Shown piece after piece: positions 21,767-30,455 of a stretch of DNA of 55,748 nt. The notes under the pieces were generated by a model that saw only the letters and a program-made list of their open reading frames with translations, searched no databases and was not told where the DNA came from. Each line of letters starts with the position of its first letter. Position 1 is the first letter of the stretch. This stretch comes from Calditrichaceae bacterium. GTDB taxonomy: Bacteria > Calditrichota > Calditrichia > Calditrichales > JBFXGD01. The stretch covers positions 19,978 through 75,725 of the forward strand of contig JBFXLE010000021.1 of NCBI GenBank assembly GCA_050173015.1. The letters are read 5' to 3'. A program made the translations under genes and the position numbers.

Positions 21767-24700
21767 ATGAAGATAAATCTGATTAAGATTTTGCCATATA
21801 TGTTAACGGTATTTTTCGTTACCGGTATTTCTCAGCAGATTCAGATCAGCCGGATCGAACTCATGCCCAATCAACCTTCTCCGTATAAAATGCGGGATTG
21901 GAAAAAAGTGACCGCGGGATATGACAGTCTTGTTTTTGATTTTAACCGGTCGGGAGAATATTTACCCCTGATTTGGTGGAATGAAAACACGGTGAATTAT
22001 CCTGAGCAGATTAGTTTTGGTTTGCACACCGTTGTAGGAACCAATTATCCGGAATCTTCTGAAGCCATTAATGTTTTGCCGGCGGTGATCGGCGCCACGC
22101 TGTCAGGAATTGATAAAAGCAGTCAGGATGGCCGGAACTGGGTTTTGATGTGCGAAGAATTTTTTAACAACAGGCCGGAAGAAAATGTGTATTTAAATCT
22201 TCCTGTGACAGAGAGCGGAGATGACTGGTGGTACGCGACCATGCCGAATGTGTTCTTCTATCAGTTGTATGACCTTTATCCAAATACCGGACATTTTAAT
22301 GAACAATTTATAAAAGTCGCGGATCAATGGCTGGCGTCGCTGAAGGCGATGGGAGGCCGCACCACTCCATGGAAAAAACCATACATGTACTACCGGGGCT
22401 GGTATTTATCCACTATGACACCCTATGCCTCCGGCGTGCCTGAACCGGAAGCGGCAGGAGCTCTTTCGTGGATTCTATATAACGCGTGGACCGAGAGCGG
22501 CGATGAGAAATACAGAATCGGCGCCGAATGGGCGATGGAATATCTGAACGGCCTCAGCGCGAATCCCTCTTACGAGCTTCAGTTATCTTACGGAGCCTAC
22601 ACGGCCGCGCGCATGAATGCCGAATTGGGTACCGGTTATGACACCGGGAAAATATTGAACTGGTGTTTTAATGTCGGACCGCTCAGAAGTTGGGGCGCCA
22701 TCGTCGGTCAATGGGGAAATTATCGCGTTGACGGTTTAATCGGCGAAGTAAATTACAGCAACGACTACGCCTTTGCCATGAATACATTTGAGCAAATAGG
22801 CGCTCTGGTTCCTTTAGTGAGATATGATGACCGATTCGCTCGGGCAATCGGAAAGTGGGTGCTTAACGCGGCAAATTCGGCGCGGTTATTCTATACAAAT
22901 TACCTCCCTGACCAAAATCAGGACAGTGAACAATGGGCGCGTCAATATGACCCGAATTCCTATATTGCTCATGAGGCGCTCAGACAATCGGAATTTGCAG
23001 CCAGCCCATATGCCACAGGGGACGCGATCTCAGGAGGGTGGGGAAAAACAAATCTGGCGTTATACGGATCCTCGCATGTCGGGATTGCCGGCGGTATCAT
23101 CGATACTACAGAAATTCCGATGATTCTGAAACTGGATTTGCTGAAAACAGATTATTTTCATCAGTCCGCGTACCCGTCCTTCTTGTTTTATAATCCTTAC
23201 AGCGAAGAGAAAACCGTCACGCTGGACGTCGGAGCGGAGACGGCGGACCTTTATGACGCGGTGTCAAACAGATTTATCCAATACTCCGTTAGCGGACAAA
23301 CCAATCTTGCCATTCCGGCGAATCAGGCGATCATCACCGTGATTGTTCCGGCAGGGGGGCAGCTGACCTATGAACTTGATAAAATGCTGGTGAACGGCGT
23401 TGTGGTTGATTTTATGTCCGGGCAAGCCGTTAATAACCATCCGCCGAGAATAAAAAGCCTTGATACAAAATCCTATACTATTCCCAAAAATGAAATTATC
23501 TCTGTTTACTGCGCGGCGGAAGATATTGATCAGGATAGTATAGCGTATGTCTGGAAAGCCAATTCGGTTACACTTAATGAAGACAGTTCTCAAATAATCT
23601 GGCAGGCGCCGGACTCCGTGGGGCAATTTATCATCACCTGTATGGCGGGTGACGGTTCCGGCGGGATTGACAGCGCGTCCATTATACTGAATGTGATCGA
23701 ATTTATTAATAACGCTCCCAAAATAACCGCTCTTTCCGCCGATCCGTTGAAAGTTGATCTGGAAGGTGTTTCACAAATTCTGTGCGCGGCGGCTGACGAG
23801 GATGGTGACAAGCTGGAATATATCTGGAGCTCAGGCGCGGGCCTGTTAAATGTGAATGATTCCGTAGCCACATGGCAGGCACCTGCTTCCGAAGGTGAGT
23901 ACATGATCCGCTGTGAAGTGCGCGACAGGCGGGGCGGAAGCGTACTGGACAGTGTCGGGGTGCTCGTCAGGGATTATTCCGCGGTTCAGACCGGGGATAT
24001 GGTGGGATACTATCCGTTTACGGGGAATCCGGATGATCAGAGCGGTTTCGGGAATCATGGAATCGTTCACGGCGCGCTGCTTACGGCTGATAAATTTGGA
24101 GATCAGAATAAGGCTTACCGGTTTGACGGTATAGATGATTTTATAGAAGTCGCGAATCATCCTTCCCTGAATTTTACGCAGGCAATCACGGTCAGCTTCT
24201 GGATCAGGATCAGTGAATTTTATATAAGGGAAGCCTATCCGCTTTCACACGGAAATTGGGAGAATCGCTGGAAAATATCCGTTACCGATAAAAAAATTAG
24301 ATGGACGATAAAAACCGATCAGGGAGTCAAAGACCTTGATTCTAAAAAAGAACTTCAGCAGGATGTATATTATCAGGTGACGGCGGTATATGACGGGGCG
24401 TATCTTGAGATTTATGTAAATGGGGAAATGGAGAGTTTTACGGCCTGGTCCGGTCCTCTGCTGTCCACAAACTATAATTTAACCATCGGACAGGTACTTC
24501 CCGATAATAAAAATTACAATTTTAAAGGTATTCTGGACAATATCAGGATATACAATTACGCTTTACCGCATAATGAAATTCAGAATTTGTACAATGAATA
24601 CACCCCACTCCCCGGCGATGAGGAACCGGAAGGAATAAACGGGTATATTTTAAATCAAAGCTATCCAAATCCATTTAATCCGCGGACAACCATCAGATTT

Positions 24701-24916
24701 TATCTGCCCCAAAGGCAAAATGTGAAGATCACCATCTTCGATATTAACGGAAAAATTCTCCGGAAGCTGACAGATGAATCTTACCAATCGGGTTGGCATC
24801 GTATTGTCTGGGATGGAACCAACGAAAATAGACAGGATGTTTCCAGCGGAATTTATATTTATAAAATAAAAAGCGGAGATTTTATCGAATCAGGTAAAAT
24901 GATCAAAATCAAATGA
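21767..24916 (+). CDS. Secreted multidomain protein: unknown N-terminal domain, two Ig-like repeats, LamG/concanavalin domain, FlgD/T9SS-like CTD
   Basis: Signal peptide; repeats NHPPRIKSL... and NNAPKITAL...; YYPFTGN.DDQSG, FDGIDDFI and FKGILDNIRIYNYAL (LamG); SYPNPFNP CTD. Confidence 0.75.
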   Translation: MKINLIKILPYMLTVFFVTGISQQIQISRIELMPNQPSPYKMRDWKKVTAGYDSLVFDFNRSGEYLPLIWWNENTVNYPEQISFGLHTVVGTNYPESSEAINVLPAVIGATLSGIDKSSQDGRNWVLMCEEFFNNRPEENVYLNLPVTESGDDWWYATMPNVFFYQLYDLYPNTGHFNEQFIKVADQWLASLKAMGGRTTPWKKPYMYYRGWYLSTMTPYASGVPEPEAAGALSWILYNAWTESGDEKYRIGAEWAMEYLNGLSANPSYELQLSYGAYTAARMNAELGTGYDTGKILNWCFNVGPLRSWGAIVGQWGNYRVDGLIGEVNYSNDYAFAMNTFEQIGALVPLVRYDDRFARAIGKWVLNAANSARLFYTNYLPDQNQDSEQWARQYDPNSYIAHEALRQSEFAASPYATGDAISGGWGKTNLALYGSSHVGIAGGIIDTTEIPMILKLDLLKTDYFHQSAYPSFLFYNPYSEEKTVTLDVGAETADLYDAVSNRFIQYSVSGQTNLAIPANQAIITVIVPAGGQLTYELDKMLVNGVVVDFMSGQAVNNHPPRIKSLDTKSYTIPKNEIISVYCAAEDIDQDSIAYVWKANSVTLNEDSSQIIWQAPDSVGQFIITCMAGDGSGGIDSASIILNVIEFINNAPKITALSADPLKVDLEGVSQILCAAADEDGDKLEYIWSSGAGLLNVNDSVATWQAPASEGEYMIRCEVRDRRGGSVLDSVGVLVRDYSAVQTGDMVGYYPFTGNPDDQSGFGNHGIVHGALLTADKFGDQNKAYRFDGIDDFIEVANHPSLNFTQAITVSFWIRISEFYIREAYPLSHGNWENRWKISVTDKKIRWTIKTDQGVKDLDSKKELQQDVYYQVTAVYDGAYLEIYVNGEMESFTAWSGPLLSTNYNLTIGQVLPDNKNYNFKGILDNIRIYNYALPHNEIQNLYNEYTPLPGDEEPEGINGYILNQSYPNPFNPRTTIRFYLPQRQNVKITIFDINGKILRKLTDESYQSGWHRIVWDGTNENRQDVSSGIYIYKIKSGDFIESGKMIKIK

Positions 24917-24970
24917 TATTTACAATAATGATCATTTCAAATAGAAAAATGGTTTAGAGAGAGGGAAAAG

Positions 24971-26065
24971 ATGGCGGAAGTTCGGTTAAAAAATGTCACA
25001 AAGATTTATGATAAAAATGTGATAGCGGTAAAAAATACCAATCTTGAAATCAATGACGGTGAATTTGTCGTACTCGTGGGACCATCCGGCTGCGGCAAAT
25101 CAACTCTTTTGCGTATGATCGCCGGACTTGAAGAAATTAATGAGGGCGTCGTTGAAATTGATAACCGGGTAGTGAATGACACTCCGCCAAAAGATCGAGA
25201 TATAGCAATGGTGTTTCAGAATTACGCGCTCTACCCGCATATGACCGTCTTCGATAATATGGCTTTTGGATTGAAGCTAAGAAAATTCCGTGAATCCGAT
25301 ATAAAGGAAAGAGTAAATGAAACGGCTGATTTGTTGGGTCTGAGTAATTTTCTGGACAGGAAACCAAAGGCTCTTTCCGGCGGGCAAAGACAAAGAGTCG
25401 CTTTGGGCAGGGCTATAGTCAGAAAACCAAAAGTATTTTTATTTGATGAGCCGCTAAGTAATCTGGACGCGAAATTAAGGGTTCAGATGAGAATTGAAAT
25501 CACCAAATTGCATCAGAAACTGGGTACAACAATGATTTATGTAACCCATGACCAGATAGAGGCAATGACCATGGGTAACCGTATCGTTGTCATGAAAGAC
25601 GGGGTTATTCAGCAGGTCAATACACCAATTAATATTTATAATCACCCCGCAAATGAATTTGTCGCCGGATTTATTGGAAGCCCGGCAATGAATTTTATGA
25701 CCGGAGAGCTCATACAAACCGGAGTCTTCTCTTTTGGAACGGATCGATTTTCATTCAATTTATCAGAAACATTAATTTCAAAATTGGCTGGATTTGCCGG
25801 CAAAAAATTAATACTGGGAATCCGTCCGGAGCATATAAAAATTATCCGGAAACCGGACTCTGAAAAGGATGCGTTAAAGGCGGTTGTTGAAGTGGTTGAA
25901 CAGATGGGAAGCGAGACCAATGTCTATCTGAAAGCAGGTGAAATTTCACTAACGCTAAGAACACCGGAAAACGTAGATGTGAAGGTTGGCGACCGGGTCA
26001 GCCTATTTTTTACGCCGGACAAGATGCACTTTTTTGAGTATGACAGCAGGGAAGCGGTCATTTAA
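24971..26065 (+). CDS. Sugar ABC transporter ATP-binding subunit (MalK/MsmX/UgpC family)
   Basis: GPSGCGKST; AMVFQNYALYPHM; LSGGQRQRVALGRA; DEPLSNLDAKLR; YVTHDQ; TOBE tail. Confidence 0.96.
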   Translation: MAEVRLKNVTKIYDKNVIAVKNTNLEINDGEFVVLVGPSGCGKSTLLRMIAGLEEINEGVVEIDNRVVNDTPPKDRDIAMVFQNYALYPHMTVFDNMAFGLKLRKFRESDIKERVNETADLLGLSNFLDRKPKALSGGQRQRVALGRAIVRKPKVFLFDEPLSNLDAKLRVQMRIEITKLHQKLGTTMIYVTHDQIEAMTMGNRIVVMKDGVIQQVNTPINIYNHPANEFVAGFIGSPAMNFMTGELIQTGVFSFGTDRFSFNLSETLISKLAGFAGKKLILGIRPEHIKIIRKPDSEKDALKAVVEVVEQMGSETNVYLKAGEISLTLRTPENVDVKVGDRVSLFFTPDKMHFFEYDSREAVI

Positions 26066-26300
26066 ATCATTAAATGCATCTTCTTAAGCCCTTTTCACGT
26101 GGCTGCACATATTAATACATTCCGGCGGTATCATTCGCTCCAATAATTGATCTTGATTCTTTTAAGAATATTTATTATTAATCATATAATCCTGACGACG
26201 GGAATCAACCTTTTTCCCGTCAATAATTTCAGGATCGATACCCTTGTCCTACTGATCTGCAAAATAGATCTTTTGTTATCATTAAACACAAAATACCTGC

Positions 26301-26450
26301 CGGGAGCGTTCAATTTTGGCCGGGAATGTATAAATATACAGCGGGGAGCCCAAAACAATGACGGGAGCGTATAAATATACAACGACAAGGGTAAAAGTTG
26401 AGCGGGATGCATAAATATACAGCGGGGAAGCCATAATCTGTACCGGGAGA
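26301..26450. repeat. Degenerate tandem repeat, ~20-21 bp period
   Basis: CGGG(A/G) recurs at 26301, 26321, 26342, 26362, 26403, 26423 and 26444. ATAAATATACA occurs at 26330, 26371 and 26411. Confidence 0.65.
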
Positions 26451-26487
26451 TGGAAATCCGCAGTGAATTATTCCTCAATCTCGCCGC

Positions 26488-27102
26488 ATGATTTTGAATC
26501 CTGAAAAGGATAAAATGGAAAAGAAATATAAAAATACATATCGAATCGATTCGGCCCGTTTACGTTGTTGGGATTATGGGTGGAACGGTGCCTATTTTGT
26601 GACCATTTGTACGAATAAACGAATTTGCTATTTTGGCCGTGTTGCATGTGGAGAAATGAATTTGTCAAATATTGGAAAAATCGCCAATGAATGTTGGTGG
26701 GACATTCCCAAACATTTTCCATTTGTGATATTGGATGCGTTTGTGGTGATGCCAAATCATGTTCATGGGATAATCATCATAAATAAATCGAATGACGGGA
26801 AAAATTTAGTTTTAGAGACGCAAAATCTTGCGTCTCTAAAACAACAATCGAAAAATCCCGGAATTCCGGTAAATAAATTTGGCGCGCAATCAAAAAATCT
26901 GGCATCGATTATTCGCGGGTACAAAATTGGTGTTACAAAACAGGCGCGAATTCAGATACGCGAATTTGGTTGGCAACCAAGGTACTACGACCACATAATC
27001 CGCGACGAAATATCCTATAGTCGTATGAGACAATATATAAGTACCAATCCAAGGCGATGGCGGGAGGACTGCTTTAATGGGATAATACAGTCTGAGCCAT
27101 GA
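26488..27102 (+). mobile_element. REP-associated tyrosine transposase (RAYT, Y1 HUH family)
   Basis: S.RL..WDY...GAYFVTICT; FVVMPNHVHGII (HUH); LASIIRGYK; WQPRYYDHIIRD; YI..NP..W..D. Start may be the later ATG (MEKKYKN). Confidence 0.9.
26811..26840. repeat. REP-like palindrome inside the RAYT coding sequence
   Basis: TTTAGAGACGCAA-AATC-TTGCGTCTCTAAA: perfect 13-bp inverted repeat with a 4-nt loop, translated as LETQNLASLK. Confidence 0.75.
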
Positions 27103-27181
27103 TAATAACGATTAAATGATGAATGTGATTAGAACCTGGAAATCAGAGCATTCATCTAATCAAAAGAATCACAGTTCAGAC
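27090..27181. repeat. ~92-bp imperfect inverted-repeat element (MITE/REPIN-like)
   Basis: Ends GTCTGAGCCATGAT ... ATCACAGTTCAGAC (11/14 complementary), with inner GATTA(A/G)ATGA...TGATT arms. Confidence 0.55.
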
Positions 27182-27274
27182 TTTTCCACCTTTTTGTAAT
27201 TGGAATCCGCATGCCGTTTTGTTAAATTTCAATCAAAATCCAAAGGTTTGAGTCCTTTAATCAAGGTTGGTGAT

Positions 27275-28072
27275 TTGAAAAACAACGGCATTGTCTTTGA
27301 TATAAAAAAATACGCCATTCATGACGGGCCAGGTATTCGTACTACCGTTTTTCTTAAAGGATGTCCGCTTGACTGCCACTGGTGTCATAACCCTGAAAGC
27401 AGGGAGTTACAACCTGAAAAAGGAGGATCGTCACGGCCCAGAAACGCCTCCTCGCTGCTCTATAACCCCGAAAATCTGATCGGCAGAGAAGTGACCGTCG
27501 ATGAAGTCTTGCGCGAAATCGAGAAGGATATCATCTTCTATGATGAATCGGGCGGGGGCGTGACCTTTTCCGGGGGTGAGCCGATGATCCAGACTGATTT
27601 TCTGCTTGATCTGCTTATAGCGTGTAAAAAAAGGGGAATTCATACCGCGGTGGATACTTCAGGCCATGCGGTATTTGAGCTGTTTGAAAAAATAATTCCT
27701 TATACGGATCTGTTTCTTTACGACATCAAGCTCATTGACGATTCAGCGCATAAAAAATACACCGGCGTTTCGAATGAACTGATTCTTAAAAACGCGCGGC
27801 GTCTTTCCGAAAACGGGGGAAAATTATCCATCCGCATTCCGCTGATACCGGAAATTACCGATACAGAATCCAATATCGGGGAAATAATCGGGTTCATATC
27901 GACGCTTAAAAAGATTGAATCGATCGATTTGTTGCCCTATAACGCCATCGCGGAAAGCAAGTATCATCGACTCGAAAAGGAATTCCGTAGCGGGAGTTTG
28001 CGGGCGCAGTCTAAAGAAAAGATCGGGCAACTAAAAAAAATGTTTAAAGATCATGGTTTTGAAGCTGTTTAG
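27275..28072 (+). CDS. Glycyl-radical enzyme activating enzyme (radical SAM)
   Basis: GIVFDIKKYAIHDGPGIRTTVFLKGCPLDCHWCHNPES (CxxxCxxC); GGVTFSGGEP; IHTAVDTSG. Likely TTG start at 27275; the ORF track starts at 27200. Confidence 0.93.
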   Translation: MKNNGIVFDIKKYAIHDGPGIRTTVFLKGCPLDCHWCHNPESRELQPEKGGSSRPRNASSLLYNPENLIGREVTVDEVLREIEKDIIFYDESGGGVTFSGGEPMIQTDFLLDLLIACKKRGIHTAVDTSGHAVFELFEKIIPYTDLFLYDIKLIDDSAHKKYTGVSNELILKNARRLSENGGKLSIRIPLIPEITDTESNIGEIIGFISTLKKIESIDLLPYNAIAESKYHRLEKEFRSGSLRAQSKEKIGQLKKMFKDHGFEAV

Positions 28073-28080
28073 GGGGATTC

Positions 28081-30441
28081 ATGACAGAACGAGTCAAAAA
28101 ACTTAGAGAACAATCATTAAACGCAATTCCAAAAATATCCGAAGAGCGTGCGGTTCTCCTGACAGAGTTTTATAAAAGCGGACAGGCGGATCGTGTGTCT
28201 GTTCCCGTGGCCAGGGCGCTTGCCTTTAAATACCTTCTTGAACACAAAACGATTTGCATTAGTGAAAATGAGCTGATCATCGGCGAACGCGGACCCGGGC
28301 CAAAAGAGACACCCACCTATCCGGAAATTTGTACCCATACACAAAAAGATCTGGATATTCTTCACAACAGGGAAAAGATATCATTTCGATCAACGGATAC
28401 AACAAAGCAGCTCTTGACTGAATCCGTTTTACCGTTCTGGAAGGGGCGTTCCATACGTGACCGTATTTTTGAGAATGTGGAACAGGAATGGATAAATGCC
28501 TATGAAGCGGGCGTTTTTACCGAATTTATGGAACAGCGGGCGCCAGGACATACGGTACTGGATGATAAAATCTACAAAAAAGGTATGCTGGATTTCAAAA
28601 AGGATATCAAAAACAGTTTACAGAATCTGGATTTCTTCTCCGATCCGCAAGCCATGGAAAAACGGGAAGAACTAAAGGCGATGGATTTGGCGGCCGACGC
28701 TTTGATCATGTTTGCCAAAAGACACGCCGAAAAAGCAAAACAACTTGCTGTAGAAACAACTGATCCAACCAGAAAAAAAGAACTCGAAATGATTGCCGGA
28801 GTCTGTGAACGTGTTCCCGCTCACGCGCCCGGTACTTTGTGGGAAGCGTTGCAATATTATTGGTTCGCGCATCTGGGGGTTATCACGGAACTGAACACCT
28901 GGGATTCGTTTAATCCGGGAAGACTGGATCAGCATCTGTATCCTTTTTATAAAAATGATATTGACAGTGGAAGGCTGAGTGAAGAACAGGCGGAAGAACT
29001 GCTTCAGACCTTCTGGATTAAATTTAATAATCAGCCCGCGCCGCCGAAAGTCGGAGTCACCGCGCAGGAAAGTAATACCTATACGGATTTTTGTCTCATC
29101 AACATCGGTGGAGTAAAACAAAATGGAGACGACGCGTCCAATGAACTCTCTTATAAACTACTGGATGTTATCGAGGAAATGCGTCTTTTACAGCCCAGCT
29201 CCATGGTTCAGATCAGCAAGAAAAATCCGGACCGGCTGCTAAAAAGGGCGTTAAAAATAATCGGCACCGGCTACGGACAGCCGTCTATTTTTAACACGGA
29301 CGCCATTATTCAGGAGATGATCCGGCAGGGGAAGAATCTATTTGACGCCAGGAACGGAGGCGCGAGCGGCTGTGTTGAAACCGGCGCGTTTGGAAAAGAA
29401 TGTTATATTCTCACCGGATACTTCAACCTTGTAAAAGTGCTCGAGATTACCCTCCATAACGGAATCGACCCCCGGACGGGTAAACAGACAGGACTAGTGA
29501 CCGGAAACGCGGAAGAATTTGAATCCTTCGATGATTTATTTGACGCGTTTAAAAAACAGCTCAACCATTTTATCGATATAAAAATAAAAGGCAATCTCAT
29601 CATTGAACAATTGTACGCGAAATATCTGCCGGCGCCGTTTTTATCCATTCTTGTTGATGACTGTATATTAAACGGAAAAGACTATAACGCGGGTGGCGCG
29701 CGCTATAATACATCCTATATTCAGGGCGTGGGAATCGGTACCATAACCGATTCGCTGTCGGCCATAAAATATATGATTTATGATAAAAAAAGAATGCGTT
29801 TCGCCGATTTTATCGCCGTTTTGGATGAGGATTTTGCAAGTAATGAACAACTGCGCAAGGATCTCCTCAACGAACCTCCTAAATATGGGAATGATGATGA
29901 TGCTGCCGATGAAATCATGAAACGGGTTTTTGAAGCATATTTTGATGCCGTTGACGGGCGTCCGAATGCCAAAGGCGGACAGTTCAGGATCAATCTTCTT
30001 CCAACTACCGTTCATGTCTATTTCGGCAGTGTGGCGGGTGCGACCCCCGACGGCAGAAAAGCGGGACAACCGTTGTCGGAAGGGATCTCACCCGTTCAGG
30101 GAGCCGACAGCAACGGTCCCACAGCCGTGATTAAATCAGCGGCAAAGATCGATCATCTCCGAACGGGCGGAACGCTGCTGAATCAGAAATTTACACCTCA
30201 GATCATGGAGACAGAAGAAGGAATTGATAAGGTTGCCGGACTGGTACGATCCTATTTCCGAATGGACGGGCATCATATTCAGTTCAATGTGGTGACGGCG
30301 GAAACGCTCAGAAAAGCACAGGCGGAACCGGAAAAATACCGGGATTTGATCGTGCGTGTCGCGGGATACAGCGATTATTTCGTTGATCTGGGAACCGATC
30401 TGCAAAATGAAATCATAAAAAGAACAGAGCAGGCTATCTAA
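28081..30441 (+). CDS. hypD: trans-4-hydroxy-L-proline dehydratase (glycyl radical enzyme)
   Basis: FTEFMEQRAPGHT; WDSFNPGRLDQH; FNNQPAPPKVG..ESNTYTDF; SGCVE Cys loop; YILTGY; LLPTT.H.YFG; RVAGYS Gly loop. Colinear with C. difficile HypD as I recall it. Confidence 0.88.
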   Translation: MTERVKKLREQSLNAIPKISEERAVLLTEFYKSGQADRVSVPVARALAFKYLLEHKTICISENELIIGERGPGPKETPTYPEICTHTQKDLDILHNREKISFRSTDTTKQLLTESVLPFWKGRSIRDRIFENVEQEWINAYEAGVFTEFMEQRAPGHTVLDDKIYKKGMLDFKKDIKNSLQNLDFFSDPQAMEKREELKAMDLAADALIMFAKRHAEKAKQLAVETTDPTRKKELEMIAGVCERVPAHAPGTLWEALQYYWFAHLGVITELNTWDSFNPGRLDQHLYPFYKNDIDSGRLSEEQAEELLQTFWIKFNNQPAPPKVGVTAQESNTYTDFCLINIGGVKQNGDDASNELSYKLLDVIEEMRLLQPSSMVQISKKNPDRLLKRALKIIGTGYGQPSIFNTDAIIQEMIRQGKNLFDARNGGASGCVETGAFGKECYILTGYFNLVKVLEITLHNGIDPRTGKQTGLVTGNAEEFESFDDLFDAFKKQLNHFIDIKIKGNLIIEQLYAKYLPAPFLSILVDDCILNGKDYNAGGARYNTSYIQGVGIGTITDSLSAIKYMIYDKKRMRFADFIAVLDEDFASNEQLRKDLLNEPPKYGNDDDAADEIMKRVFEAYFDAVDGRPNAKGGQFRINLLPTTVHVYFGSVAGATPDGRKAGQPLSEGISPVQGADSNGPTAVIKSAAKIDHLRTGGTLLNQKFTPQIMETEEGIDKVAGLVRSYFRMDGHHIQFNVVTAETLRKAQAEPEKYRDLIVRVAGYSDYFVDLGTDLQNEIIKRTEQAI

Positions 30442-30455
30442 AAAAAGGAACCCTT

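Noticed and set aside
26301-26450. CRISPR array
   Set aside because: The units are about 20 bp and degenerate, with no constant repeat plus unique spacer structure, and there are no cas genes in the window.
26066-26478. Short ORFs 26147..26374 (+) and 26182..26478 (-), or a decayed gene
   Set aside because: No recognisable motifs or RBS, they overlap the repeat array, and other frames contain multiple stops. Not supportable as CDS or pseudogene.
28081-30441. Glycyl radical enzyme near BMC genes, suggesting a glycyl-radical microcompartment (CutC or propanediol dehydratase type)
   Set aside because: Active-site motifs match HypD. No encapsulation-peptide extension is visible. It lies in a separate operon convergent with eutG, and the BMC already has EutBC as its signature enzyme.
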